A DNA stretch of 64,000 nucleotides from an uncultured virus (IMG/VR IMGVR_UViG_2576861727_000003) (Duplodnaviria; Heunggongvirae; Uroviricota; Caudoviricetes). Position numbers and translations under genes: made by a program. The stretch's first letter is position 1; each line of letters starts with the position of its first letter. The DNA is taken from the IMG/VR virus record IMGVR_UViG_2576861727_000003. The stretch is one strand, 5' to 3'. Positions 30,732 through 41,355 of the stretch are shown here, piece by piece. Below the pieces are notes generated by a model. The model saw nothing but the letters and a program-made list of their open reading frames with translations. It did not search any database and was not told the DNA's origin.

Positions 30732-31189
30732 TCCTTAATAGGTATATCGGTTTCAAAACGAAGTACTCTTGCACGGTGCTTGTCACCGACGGCTTTTGCA
30801 ACATTTGAAATCAACTCTAATGGTTTAACTCCAACTCCTTTATATCCAGTAAGCATATCATCGACCTCTGCCGCAATTAAATCCGTGCGACACCCGCCTT
30901 CATCTGTTACCATTCTACCCTGATGGGAAATGACGTAGACGCTTATAATGAGCTTCTTAAATAGCGTATTAAATGAAGATATTTCAGGAATATCCACTTC
31001 GTAACAAATATATACTTTCTGTTCTTCTGGTACTTCTGGTACTCGAATGAACTCATAGACATTATTGTGTATCAACTTTTCTGGGTTAGTAATATCTTTT
31101 TGGTCAATTAATTCAACAATCCTCTCGTTGTTGATTATAAGAGAAGCAAGCGTTCGTTTAATGCCTATTATCTTTCTCGAACTAGCCAT
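30722..31189 (-). CDS. Tail terminator-like protein
   Basis: Size and position; RTDLIAAEVDDML motif. Confidence 0.5.
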   Translation of the reverse strand: MASSRKIIGIKRTLASLIINNERIVELIDQKDITNPEKLIHNNVYEFIRVPEVPEEQKVYICYEVDIPEISSFNTLFKKLIISVYVISHQGRMVTDEGGCRTDLIAAEVDDMLTGYKGVGVKPLELISNVAKAVGDKHRARVLRFETDIPIKDCQ

Positions 31190-32183
31190 TTAACAAGCTC
31201 ACCACCTTAACAAACATCTCACATGAACTTGTACCACTGCTGTTAGTGAGTTCTAGCTTGATTTGCGTTCCAACGACACTCGCATCGTTTTGCGCTTTAA
31301 TTTTAATAAAGTTTCCGTCTTCGACTATTGTATAATATCTCTCGTGACCATCGAGAGTTATAACAGTCCAAACGGGTGTATCAGCAGGATTATCAAATTT
31401 AGCGGTAAACACTTTAAATGTACCGCCCGCTCTAATCTCTGCCCTATCGCTATATTCAATGCTACACTGATTACCCTCGGTTTCGCTCTCTTTAGGAACG
31501 AAATTGTTATAGTCGGCTATCATCTTATCCTTATTATCATCATCTTCATTACGCTGTTCTTGTGATAGTACGAGCTTACAGATTCCATGCATAAGGTCTT
31601 CTTCATATACATCAGTGACAATATTTCTATTGGTTGTGATATATGCATTCGGGTCTTCGTCGTCTATATCCATGAGGAAACGTTTGCCACGGCGTATCTT
31701 CTTAGTCTCATCGTCAAGCGAGACTTTAACATCAAGTACCATTCTCGGTAGGTTAATAATCTTATTAAGAGTAATACCCTCGGAATTGGAAGCCATATTG
31801 TCAGCGACACACCATCTTTCGATTTCCTCACCATTCTCATTAATCCAGCGTAGCTTATCGGTACATCTCTCCATGAAACCGCGAAAATAAGTAAAATCGC
31901 TAACTTCTATTTCGGTGATAAGCCAATAAGTACCCTTCCAAATAATCAAATCGCCAAGAAAGAACTGTTCGTTTGGCATAGAACATATCGACTTCTTGTT
32001 CATTGTATTAGTGGAATTAATAAGAACCGACCGTTCCGCTCCATTGATGTTAACTGAAAAATAAGTACCGTTTGTTGACGCATAGCGTAGCATCTTTCTT
32101 TTTGACTTATTTGACTTACGTTCATTGGTAGTCGTTCCGTCAAATGTTGTCAATCTGTCATAGATCTCCCACGCATCTCGCAT
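31182..32183 (-). CDS. Head-tail connector / neck protein
   Basis: GDLIIWKGTYWLI..C..LRW pattern; position. Confidence 0.5.
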   Translation of the reverse strand: MRDAWEIYDRLTTFDGTTTNERKSNKSKRKMLRYASTNGTYFSVNINGAERSVLINSTNTMNKKSICSMPNEQFFLGDLIIWKGTYWLITEIEVSDFTYFRGFMERCTDKLRWINENGEEIERWCVADNMASNSEGITLNKIINLPRMVLDVKVSLDDETKKIRRGKRFLMDIDDEDPNAYITTNRNIVTDVYEEDLMHGICKLVLSQEQRNEDDDNKDKMIADYNNFVPKESETEGNQCSIEYSDRAEIRAGGTFKVFTAKFDNPADTPVWTVITLDGHERYYTIVEDGNFIKIKAQNDASVVGTQIKLELTNSSGTSSCEMFVKVVSLLNG

Positions 32184-32503
32184 CTTGTCAACTCCTCCGA
32201 CACCTTGTCTTTAAGTTGTTCAATATATCGAATACATTTGAATACTGAGCGTTTATACGCCCCGTGTTCTGTTTCTCCGACGATAGAAAAAAGGGTACTT
32301 GTAATAATCATAACCCGAGGGTCACAATCTATTGAGTTTATAAGCTCTGCATTACCCATTATCTCGTCAGTTATATTTCTAATATACGACTCAACCGTTT
32401 CAACATTTTCTTCCTTTAGCGGAATAATTTTATATATGCGGTCAATCAGTTTGCATAAATAGTTGTATTGTAGCCTAAGAACCAGCTCAGTCATACCATT
32501 CAC
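32150..32503 (-). CDS. Hypothetical protein
   Basis: IYKIIPLKEE..KRSVFKCI; overlapping operon layout. Confidence 0.55.
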   Translation of the reverse strand: MNGMTELVLRLQYNYLCKLIDRIYKIIPLKEENVETVESYIRNITDEIMGNAELINSIDCDPRVMIITSTLFSIVGETEHGAYKRSVFKCIRYIEQLKDKVSEELTRCEMRGRSMTD

Positions 32504-32918
32504 CCCGCTTATATTTACGAAGTGTATAGGTATAATTTTTTACCATATTCTTAGACTGTAGACGAGCAAGGTCATAAGTTTCTCGTATCTGCCGCAGTAA
32601 GTTGGCGGGCGAATACTCAGCCCAATCCTTTGTCGTCATAAGATTTTCAAGATTATCAACAGAAAATAGATATGGCTTGAGCCACTCAACAATCATAAGA
32701 TTACATATAATGTCAATCTCTAAATCATCCAGCTCATTTTCAAACTCTGTACCATCTCTCACAAACTTTTCAGGATTGGTTCGCTGAAACTTTGCGAGAG
32801 CGCTATTCATAAGCGCGGTCATCCAACCGTCGCGTTCCTCTTCTGAAAGTTCTGTAAGTTTATATTCTGTAATCATCTTAGAAAAGTTGTCTATAACTTC
32901 CGTATATGGAGTTCCCAT
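32487..32918 (-). CDS. Head-tail adaptor-like protein
   Basis: TPYTEVIDNF..YSPANLL; position after the capsid genes. Confidence 0.55.
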   Translation of the reverse strand: MGTPYTEVIDNFSKMITEYKLTELSEEERDGWMTALMNSALAKFQRTNPEKFVRDGTEFENELDDLEIDIICNLMIVEWLKPYLFSVDNLENLMTTKDWAEYSPANLLRQIRETYDLARLQSKNMVKNYTYTLRKYKRGEWYD

Positions 32919-32937
32919 GTGTTTCGACCTCCATTCA

Positions 32938-33495
32938 TTAATCGGTTATTATACCCAACTCGCTCTTCAAGAAATCAATAGTCCTGATTGAGTCAATCTC
33001 CTTATTGCGTATTTTCTTAGCAAGCTGAATCTTGAGATTAGACCTCATGCCCTTGGGCATCAGTTTAATCTTTTCGGACATCTCACTAAAAGGAAGGTCG
33101 AGCAGCTCATTGAGCTCGTCATATGTAAGAGCATGATTATAAAACTTAGATACTCCGAGGTATTCAAGAATGTCATCGTCATCAATTCCAATCCAGTTCT
33201 TTTCAAAGAAAGCTCTCTGAGAATTGCGCATCGAAACAAGCTCTCCAAGTTCAAGGTAGTCTACATCGCCCTGATTTTCCCATGTAATCTCATATCCATT
33301 CTGCTTACGGCTTATATATATAAGCGTACCTGGGAATAGATTGGTGCAAGCAACCATTGTATCTAGGGGTATCTGCTTCTTTCTTATAGGCTCTTCCTTT
33401 ATAGTAGGTGTCTTATTAGCGGTATCTTCCTTTGTAACCGCCTTTCTTGTAACGGACTTCTTAGCCGCTGTTGTCTTTTCTGTGTTTACAGGCAT
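32938..33495 (-). CDS. Conserved protein downstream of the capsid gene
   Basis: AAGGAGG RBS before MPVNTEK. Confidence 0.6.
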   Translation of the reverse strand: MPVNTEKTTAAKKSVTRKAVTKEDTANKTPTIKEEPIRKKQIPLDTMVACTNLFPGTLIYISRKQNGYEITWENQGDVDYLELGELVSMRNSQRAFFEKNWIGIDDDDILEYLGVSKFYNHALTYDELNELLDLPFSEMSEKIKLMPKGMRSNLKIQLAKKIRNKEIDSIRTIDFLKSELGIITD

Positions 33496-33633
33496 AGTTT
33501 CCTCCTTGTATTCCGTGTGCATACAATACATAGTGTGTGAACGTTAATAACACACACTAAATATTGATAAATATGCACGATAAAAATTATCTTTTATTAA
33601 ATGGTAAGGTGCGTATAAAACGCACCCTACGTA

Positions 33634-34659
33634 TTAGGTCATTGTGTAAATACCCATCTTCTCGGACATAGCAACAGCAACGCCGTAAGAATCTGTATAC
33701 AGGAACTCCTGAGACAGGTCGGCATTGTGATAAGGATTGCCGAGATAAATAGTAGCCTCGCCCTCGTTTACAACCTTGATAGGCTTGGAGTCGCCAGCGA
33801 TTATGTACAGCTTATCGTTATCCAGAGCGAATGCGTTAGTGCCAGGAGTGTGAACCTGATTCAGCTTAATGCAATCAGTACCATTGAACTTACCCATGTA
33901 ACCCATAGTATAAACGTCGTTACGAGCCTGTTCTGCAATATTGCTGTTGTTAGCGGCATCCTGAAGAACGGTCAGATTAATCTTTCTCAGAGCTTGCTGT
34001 GTGCCGAAGATATAAGCCTTCTTGCCAGTAGCAGCCTCAACGTGATTGATAATCTCTACGAGCTTATTCTCGTTGAAAGAACCAGCGGTAGGGAAGTAGA
34101 TAGAATCAGTCTCAGCCATAGCCTGGAATGCAGTCATAGCGTCAACATAAATCTGCTGCTTGAAAGACCTTGCAACCTTATCAATCAGCTCATTGAAATC
34201 TACGCGACCAGACAGAACTCTATCCAGTTCCTCGTAAATCTTGATACCCTTGAGAGTTGTAGGAACCTGAATGTGAGTACCACTCTCAATTCTCTGTCTT
34301 CTGAGCGCCTGATTGCCTCTGGAAACATCAGATACAACATACAGAATGTCGTTGTCGGGGATATAGAAGTCATTCTCATCGCCCAGAGCTACGCTCTTGA
34401 AGTCAATAAGGGTCTGGAACAGGAAGTCATTATCCTGAAAACCTTCAACGATAGTCTTCTGGAGGATTTCCTCAACTACGCTGAACAGACCAGAACACTC
34501 GCCATCTCTTATCTTCTTATAAGACAGCTTTGTAGAACCACCATTCAGGTCAACCAGTGCCTTTCTCAGAGTCTCAAGAGAGTCTCTCATAGAAAAATTA
34601 CCCTGAACATTGCCATGATAAGCGTCAACGCCAAGGCGTACAATAGCATTTCTATCCAT
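33634..34659 (-). CDS. Major capsid protein
   Basis: 341 aa, strong codon bias, follows the protease/scaffold and decoration genes. Confidence 0.8.
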   Translation of the reverse strand: MDRNAIVRLGVDAYHGNVQGNFSMRDSLETLRKALVDLNGGSTKLSYKKIRDGECSGLFSVVEEILQKTIVEGFQDNDFLFQTLIDFKSVALGDENDFYIPDNDILYVVSDVSRGNQALRRQRIESGTHIQVPTTLKGIKIYEELDRVLSGRVDFNELIDKVARSFKQQIYVDAMTAFQAMAETDSIYFPTAGSFNENKLVEIINHVEAATGKKAYIFGTQQALRKINLTVLQDAANNSNIAEQARNDVYTMGYMGKFNGTDCIKLNQVHTPGTNAFALDNDKLYIIAGDSKPIKVVNEGEATIYLGNPYHNADLSQEFLYTDSYGVAVAMSEKMGIYTMT

Positions 34660-34687
34660 AATTAATTACTCCTTTCTGTTAATAAAA

Positions 34688-35182
34688 TTACAGCACCTTA
34701 AATACATAGAATGTCTTTCTGCCAACAGTCTCAACTGCGATACACTCAGCAAAAGCGCCAGTAGCAGTTGTACCAACTTCCATCTTTGTCTCGTCAGCAA
34801 CAACACTTATATACTTACCATCAGCGGGAGTGCCGTCAAAAGCCTCAGCAGTAGCAGAGAAAATATCGTTTGTTTCCAGACGATAAACCCTAGCAACTGT
34901 GCCAGCTCTATTGGTAAAGTCATCAAGGTCGTTATACTTGAGACGACTTGTGGGGTCTATCTCTACAGATGCAACCAGACCCAGAGTGACCTTATCGTCA
35001 CCAGATACCATCTTAGTTGCCTTAAATACCTCTCTATCAATCAGGTCAGTTGTAATGTGTACGAAGTTGCCGTTATCAACCTCGATAGGGTCAGCGCCGT
35101 TAAAAATTCTTACAGATGCCAGCTTAGAGCCGTCAACAGTACCAGACAGTCTATCGAGTCTTACTATTGCGTGATTACCCAT
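34688..35182 (-). CDS. Capsid decoration/cement protein
   Basis: 164 aa between scaffold and capsid genes, same codon bias. Confidence 0.6.
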   Translation of the reverse strand: MGNHAIVRLDRLSGTVDGSKLASVRIFNGADPIEVDNGNFVHITTDLIDREVFKATKMVSGDDKVTLGLVASVEIDPTSRLKYNDLDDFTNRAGTVARVYRLETNDIFSATAEAFDGTPADGKYISVVADETKMEVGTTATGAFAECIAVETVGRKTFYVFKVL

Positions 35183-35202
35183 ATTGTATTCCTCCTTGTT
35201 TT

Positions 35203-36756
35203 TTAATCGTTATATTTTTCATGATATTTTGCGAATAGACCGCCGTAAGCATCTTCGTTCTCTTCGCTATTATAATTATCATCAATTGTAAAAGTACCGT
35301 TATCCTTGTTAAGTGAGAACGTCGAATTCTTTCTGCCAAGCAGTGCATAACACTTCTCTTCAACATCGGATACCGAATATTCGGAATTAGATTCCTTGAG
35401 ATTCTTGAACTCGTCAAGTTCGCCAAGCTCACTCTCGAACTTCTTGAATATCTCATTCAGAGAATTTTCTCTAGCCGCTATCTCGGAATTTCTCTTAAAC
35501 TCCTTGAGTTCATCGTAATCCTCTTTTATAGCTGCGTAGTCATTTCTTATTGTCTCAAGCTCGTCTCTTTCCTCTGCTGTCAGGTAGCTTACAAATACCT
35601 CAACGGGGTCGCCATCGAGATTTACACTACCCTCTGCGTCAACATTATAGTTCTGCTTAAATGTGCGACCGCAATCGTAGAGCATATAAATGAAATAACT
35701 GTCATACAGTTCGGTAACAAATATATCAACCTCATTCAGATTATAAAGGCTATATATCTTTTCCATCTTGTCATTAACGCTTATCTCAACCTTGAATACA
35801 GTAGGCTCAGTCGCAGACCCTTCAGAATCGGTGTCGTTATCTACGTCAGAAGTATCCTCGGGCTGACCTTCGGCAGAAAATTCGCCGCTATTACTTTCCT
35901 CAGCGGAAGTCTCAGCGGTATCTACTACGGGCTCTTCAACAGCATCAGTTGAGTTCTTAGCGTCAATAAACGCCTGACACTTAGCTCTGAAATCTTCCTC
36001 AGACATATCCTCGGTAATCTCAAAATCGAGTTCCTCTCTGGTTAGTGACATCTCTGACAGAATCTTCTCTATATCCATCGTTATCTCTCCTTTCTCTTTG
36101 TTATTTGCAGAAAATTCGCGGTTAAGTTCCTCTTTCATACGCGCAAATATAGAAATAGCTTCTTCTTTGTTTGCGGCGAAATTTGCGACTGTAGCGCGAG
36201 CATTCTTCATACCAGTCTCATATATGTTGTTAAGTATCGTAACTCCTTTAAAAAGAAAATCATTAATAGCGTAACAATCATCATTGGAGTCATAGGTATA
36301 ATTTAATATGTCAATCTCCATCGATATATGGAGGTTGTCGCTATCTTTGATAATATCTTCGCAATAATTGGAATAACCTTTCCACACATAACCATCTACC
36401 ATAAGATAGTTGCGCCCATCCATCTCAACGACTTCAAGGTTGTTATCCTTGGGAATTACTCCAACGGGTTGCTCAAGATAAATAATCTTGTCTTCATCGG
36501 GTTTAAATTTATTTTCCTCGATAGTAAAATCATGTTCACCGAGTTCGGGGATTCCGTCTTTATTGAGATAAACGTGTGCCAGAATCGGTGACTCTGCAAG
36601 ACTATCTTTTCTAGCTAACATATCATCAAGTTTGAAACTAGAACCATTTGGATTAAGACCGTCATGGCAAAGTCTCATACGCAGTTTGATAAACTTGTCC
36701 GAACGGTAACTATCGTCGATAGAAAACGTCAGCGGCAAGTTACTTTTCTTTTCCAC
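35203..36756 (-). CDS. Prohead protease / scaffold
   Basis: HDGLNPNGSSF..SMEI protease-like N-terminal half plus acidic coiled-coil C-terminal half. Confidence 0.7.
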   Translation of the reverse strand: MEKKSNLPLTFSIDDSYRSDKFIKLRMRLCHDGLNPNGSSFKLDDMLARKDSLAESPILAHVYLNKDGIPELGEHDFTIEENKFKPDEDKIIYLEQPVGVIPKDNNLEVVEMDGRNYLMVDGYVWKGYSNYCEDIIKDSDNLHISMEIDILNYTYDSNDDCYAINDFLFKGVTILNNIYETGMKNARATVANFAANKEEAISIFARMKEELNREFSANNKEKGEITMDIEKILSEMSLTREELDFEITEDMSEEDFRAKCQAFIDAKNSTDAVEEPVVDTAETSAEESNSGEFSAEGQPEDTSDVDNDTDSEGSATEPTVFKVEISVNDKMEKIYSLYNLNEVDIFVTELYDSYFIYMLYDCGRTFKQNYNVDAEGSVNLDGDPVEVFVSYLTAEERDELETIRNDYAAIKEDYDELKEFKRNSEIAARENSLNEIFKKFESELGELDEFKNLKESNSEYSVSDVEEKCYALLGRKNSTFSLNKDNGTFTIDDNYNSEENEDAYGGLFAKYHEKYND

Positions 36757-36771
36757 TTTGCGTCCTCCTTT

Positions 36772-36954
36772 CTATAGAAATAGTGTATTAGTATAGACAA
36801 TACCGCGCATATTTGAGAAGTGTCTCAATAGTTTGGCATCGTTCTGAAATACATAGTAAGTCCCAGAGGACGGTAATTTAACAAGACCGATAGCAGAAAG
36901 CTTATCTGCCACCGCCTTGTCCTTTACATAAAGAAAGCGCGTATTTTTATTCAT
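36772..36954 (-). CDS. Small hypothetical protein
   Basis: ORF coupled between portal and protease genes. Confidence 0.5.
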   Translation of the reverse strand: MNKNTRFLYVKDKAVADKLSAIGLVKLPSSGTYYVFQNDAKLLRHFSNMRGIVYTNTLFL

Positions 36955-38449
36955 ATTCTACATGCGCCTCCGATTCACGAGTTTGTTCACCACTGTCCGA
37001 CAACTCTTCACCTTTCTCTTCTTGAGTAGGTGCGCCGCCCTCATCATCACCCGACATTGTATACGAAGTGGATAAAGGCTTAAACTTATTCGGCAAATCA
37101 AGAACCTCGGTTTCAAGATAACAAAGGTCAATCATTTGAGTAGGTGTCATGCCCATTGCGGCACAAGACATAGTAACCGTTGGGCAACTTGCTTGCGCAG
37201 CTTTAAGATACATATTAAACATTTCCGATTGATTAAAAACGGTAATGTCAAGTATCTGAATTTGGAAAACACAATGCTTGAGCCAAAGTTTAAGCAAACG
37301 ATTAATATTTCTTTCGCACTGTCGAGCAAGAGCAAAAACCATGCTTTCATCAGCTTTAATAGCCGCGCTCAGAGATGCCGCCGTCGGTTTATCAAGCCCA
37401 AAGATAACTGAACTTACACCCGCATCATTCCAAAATGTTTTAGTCGCATCATTAACGTTGTTAATATCATTAGTGCCCGTGTTTTCAAAGCTGAAATCTT
37501 CAACCTTAGTAGGGGTAATAAACGCGCCAATATTTTCGGGAAGCACGGCAACGAGTCTCTCGTAATAATCAACTATGTCATCATATGAGATAAGGTAGTC
37601 GCCTTCGGTGTTAATGGGAATCTCAAGTGCCAGAACCTTGTAGTTGTCGTTCTCTGCTTTAACCTTCTTTAAACCCTTATAGTCCTGAATATCAAATATT
37701 CCCTCAAATACACCTACGAATGGAATTGACGGATACGGAATGTCTTCATTAAACTTTATACAGAACTGTCGTTCGGGTTTAAGTATTTGCCACCTAGACG
37801 AATTACCATTTTTCTTGTACAACTCATATCTGCGCTTAAACTCATCTCCGTAATAATCGAGTTCATCCTTTCTCGTATCGAAATACATGAAATCGAAAGC
37901 ATACAAAAAGCACCCGTCTTCAATCTGCGATATTTTGCAGAAATCAGGGTGCAGCTTCTTAATATAGAATGAGTCTGTTGTTCTGTAGATATAGCCGTAA
38001 AATATGTCCTCTTTAAAACAGGTAAGAAATACTCTTGTAAGTTCATGCCTCAGTTTCATTTTCTCCAGTAGATTAAGAACTGAGTAATAACTTTCTCTAA
38101 GAAGCTCTTTATCTATAGGCTTTGAACGGTCTAACTTGAACGGCGTAACCGTATAAGAAAACAGCATCATTTTGGAAAAATAGTTTATAAGGCGCTTATA
38201 CTGTGGACTTATTTCATAAAGCAATAGAGATACATCTCTAAGATGTCGATAATTAGCCTCTGGATGTGCTATCCATCGCATTACATCGTCCTTATCATAC
38301 TTACGCCAGAACGCACACCACTTTCTGTAGTAATTATGTTTGTTGGCGTTTTCAAGTGTCAGTCTACTTAATCTTGCAAAATTCCCAAGTTGTTCCTTTG
38401 TTGGGATTTCAACGTCTAAGAAGTCTGACTTGCTATTTTTCTTACTCAC
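36947..38449 (-). CDS. Portal protein
   Basis: 500 aa directly after terminase; LYEISPQYKRLINYF; acidic C-tail. Confidence 0.8.
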   Translation of the reverse strand: MSKKNSKSDFLDVEIPTKEQLGNFARLSRLTLENANKHNYYRKWCAFWRKYDKDDVMRWIAHPEANYRHLRDVSLLLYEISPQYKRLINYFSKMMLFSYTVTPFKLDRSKPIDKELLRESYYSVLNLLEKMKLRHELTRVFLTCFKEDIFYGYIYRTTDSFYIKKLHPDFCKISQIEDGCFLYAFDFMYFDTRKDELDYYGDEFKRRYELYKKNGNSSRWQILKPERQFCIKFNEDIPYPSIPFVGVFEGIFDIQDYKGLKKVKAENDNYKVLALEIPINTEGDYLISYDDIVDYYERLVAVLPENIGAFITPTKVEDFSFENTGTNDINNVNDATKTFWNDAGVSSVIFGLDKPTAASLSAAIKADESMVFALARQCERNINRLLKLWLKHCVFQIQILDITVFNQSEMFNMYLKAAQASCPTVTMSCAAMGMTPTQMIDLCYLETEVLDLPNKFKPLSTSYTMSGDDEGGAPTQEEKGEELSDSGEQTRESEAHVEYE

Positions 38450-38462
38450 TGTTAATCACCAC

Positions 38463-40196
38463 CTATCCTCTGAGTTTCGGTTTTCTAAATACGAAATCTT
38501 TTTTCTGATAGCAAGATTGCATATTCTTTTTCTTTACAAATTCACGTTCCAATTCGGACGCGATATAGTTACCATAAGCAAGTGCAGAGTATCTATCCTT
38601 TCGGTTAGAACCTTTCTCGCTTATTCTAATCTTATTATTTACAATCTCATATTCGAGATTTACTATTTCATTTATTGTCAAAGTCGTCTGGATATACGGC
38701 TTTAACAATTCAGCCTTTTGCTCTTCATTTAATGCTTTAAAGGCTTTAGACTTCTTGAACTCCGTATCGGCATCAAACTCGGTAATAAGAAGCTTAGTCT
38801 TTTTACGGTTTATGTTATCCTTTAATTGCTGTGCGCATACACTGTTGAACTCCGCTGTAGCTTTAATACTATAAATAACCTTTGGCGGATTCTTCGACGA
38901 ACCTTGATACCTCGATGCCATTATCTCATCATTCTTACAAGTAAGTGCAGGATAAATCTCACCAGTATCAGGGTCGGCAATGTCTGAAACAAGATAATCA
39001 TAACAACCAGTACCGACACCATTTGCGTCCATTACTATATAATCACATTCAAAGTCTTCATACAGGCGACGTATTTCCAATGCCTGAACACCAGAGTGCG
39101 CACCTTCAATGTTAACGGAGTACACTAGATTTCTAACATACTGTCCGTTCTTAGTCGGAAGAAGTTGAAGTATGTCGATAGTTGTTGCGTCGTTCTTGTT
39201 CTTTTTACTCGGCATAACAGCGATATCGGCGCATACAAGCCTGATTTCGCCGTCTTTCTTTATAGGAGTTTTGAGCGAAGCTATGCCGATAGAGTCAGCA
39301 ACTCTGCTCGGATAAAAGGCATTGTGAACCAAACGGGTATCTAAGAGGCTTTCATAGTTAAAGAATGCGTCTTCACTTTCACCCCAGAACTCACAGCCCA
39401 TCTCCATAAGCCACGAAATTTCATTGAAGTCTGACTCACTCATTTCATTTGCTACGCTAATGGGGTCAAGTAAGTCCTCACTAAGCGCAAGCTGATAGGG
39501 GAGTGCGCAAATAAAATACTTCTTTGAATCGTCGAGTAAATTCTCAGCATATGTATTTGTCTTTTCCCACGCCCAATGCTTCTTAAAGTACGCAGAAGAA
39601 AAATATAATTCTTTGTTCTGTTCTTTAAGGTGTTTATATTCGGGCTTAGATAAATACCCAGGTTGTCTGGGGGCGGTCAAGAATTTTCTAAGAATCGTGT
39701 CTATAATATTTTTAGGAACGAGTCGGTATTCATCGATGATAAGAATGTTAGCTCTATTGTGTCTACCACTTTCGCCCGCTGTAACAACAACTATTCTTGA
39801 ACCATTTTTAAACGTTACCGAATAGTCTAGTCCGCCTTTATTGAACTTTGCTATTTCATTCCTTAAATACGGTGATTTAGGAATTAGGATTTCGACTATT
39901 TTATCAATGATTTCCTGCGCCTGATTTCTTTTACCAGATGCTACGCATATCCTTGTGCCTGGGTATAGTATACATCTAATGGTACAGAATATGGAGCATA
40001 GGAAACTTTTTCCCTGACCTCTTGAAGCAAGATACATAAAATAGTCCATTTTGAACATCATGAACAATAGTATCTTTTGAAACAGCTTTAGGTCTAATAG
40101 CAAAAAATCTTTCGCAAATCTATGCGGGTTTGCTCTATAATATCCCGCTCTCTTTACTGCAACTTTCAGCGCGTTATCTCGTTCTGTCTGAGTCAT
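38463..40196 (-). CDS. terL: Terminase large subunit
   Basis: ASRGQGKS Walker A, LIIDEYR Walker B, DANGVG and KDRYSA nuclease motifs. Confidence 0.92.
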   Translation of the reverse strand: MTQTERDNALKVAVKRAGYYRANPHRFAKDFLLLDLKLFQKILLFMMFKMDYFMYLASRGQGKSFLCSIFCTIRCILYPGTRICVASGKRNQAQEIIDKIVEILIPKSPYLRNEIAKFNKGGLDYSVTFKNGSRIVVVTAGESGRHNRANILIIDEYRLVPKNIIDTILRKFLTAPRQPGYLSKPEYKHLKEQNKELYFSSAYFKKHWAWEKTNTYAENLLDDSKKYFICALPYQLALSEDLLDPISVANEMSESDFNEISWLMEMGCEFWGESEDAFFNYESLLDTRLVHNAFYPSRVADSIGIASLKTPIKKDGEIRLVCADIAVMPSKKNKNDATTIDILQLLPTKNGQYVRNLVYSVNIEGAHSGVQALEIRRLYEDFECDYIVMDANGVGTGCYDYLVSDIADPDTGEIYPALTCKNDEIMASRYQGSSKNPPKVIYSIKATAEFNSVCAQQLKDNINRKKTKLLITEFDADTEFKKSKAFKALNEEQKAELLKPYIQTTLTINEIVNLEYEIVNNKIRISEKGSNRKDRYSALAYGNYIASELEREFVKKKNMQSCYQKKDFVFRKPKLRG

Positions 40197-41350
40197 TATC
40201 CATCCTCCTTTGCGGTAGGACTAAACAACCCTTTGAATTTTCCGCCCTCGTCTTCTTCATCATACTCGGGTTTCTCAACAGTATACTTTGCGACCTCTTC
40301 TCGGTACTCGTCAAAGACTTTATCATATGACCCTTTGACACCCATCATCTTACACAGATGTCCGAGGAACCAAACAGATATATAATGTCCAATACCGTCA
40401 ACATCCTTAAATTGTTCTTCAGGTTCAGGTATCGGCTCATTATCTTCCCATTCTTTAATAAGGTTGCCAAAGCACATACTATCTGTCATTTCTTTTACGT
40501 CGTTCTGTTTCGGCTGCAACTTTAAGCTACCAAGTAGTGAGTTATATTCTCTTGATAACTTCGATATGTCACCGCCGTCAGCCATCGCTTCCTGAATTTG
40601 AAGTTCAAGCCTACATACATTCTGTAGGATAGACTCATATGCGGGGTCATTGGTTGCATCAACTTTCTGCAACCAAGCCTTATACTTCACATCAAGAAAA
40701 TGATACTGTTTGTTCTGCATACCAAAACCCCAGAAGTCTTTGACTTCTTGTGGTATCTCAATGTCATTATCGGGGTCAACGGGCTCAATAGGCTCTTCGA
40801 CTTTAGGCTCGGTTTCGACTTCACGAGAAAGGAATAATCCACCATCTTCGGCAATAGTATCCGAATACGTTTTACCAAAATATGCAGGAGTATGTATCTT
40901 CTTGCAGTAAATAGTCATTCTTGTGTTATCGGTCGAATCTCTATAAGCGTAATCCGCCATCTTGTCCGAATAATATAAATCGAACATCATACACAAGCGC
41001 CGATATGTCTCACGGTGTGACTCATACTTCATGTCCTCAATGTTATACAAAGCGTTCAAGCAGTTAGAACAAATCGGCAATCTATGACCATTAGACATAT
41101 AAATGTTTGACTCAGCATAAGGAAACCTACTTTCGGAGTTAGTCTCCATGCCGCAGGAAATACACTTTCTTGTAACGGAACTCGATTTCTTGTCGTTCAT
41201 TTCTTTATGCAGTTCCCAAATAGATTTAGGCTGGTCGGACTTTTCTTTTCTTGGGCGACCGCCTTTATTGCGAATTGTTAAATCTTGCTTGGGAGTTTTT
41301 AAATCACCCTTTGGAACATTTGTTGCATCCTTTTTTCTCATTTTATTCAC
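40196..41350 (-). CDS. Zn-finger protein upstream of terL (putative terminase small subunit)
   Basis: CISCG and ICSNC motifs; translationally coupled to terL. Confidence 0.5.
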   Translation of the reverse strand: MNKMRKKDATNVPKGDLKTPKQDLTIRNKGGRPRKEKSDQPKSIWELHKEMNDKKSSSVTRKCISCGMETNSESRFPYAESNIYMSNGHRLPICSNCLNALYNIEDMKYESHRETYRRLCMMFDLYYSDKMADYAYRDSTDNTRMTIYCKKIHTPAYFGKTYSDTIAEDGGLFLSREVETEPKVEEPIEPVDPDNDIEIPQEVKDFWGFGMQNKQYHFLDVKYKAWLQKVDATNDPAYESILQNVCRLELQIQEAMADGGDISKLSREYNSLLGSLKLQPKQNDVKEMTDSMCFGNLIKEWEDNEPIPEPEEQFKDVDGIGHYISVWFLGHLCKMMGVKGSYDKVFDEYREEVAKYTVEKPEYDEEDEGGKFKGLFSPTAKEDG

Positions 41351-41355
41351 CGCCG

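Noticed and set aside
33727..34665. 312-aa plus-strand ORF
   Set aside because: Antisense shadow of the major capsid gene
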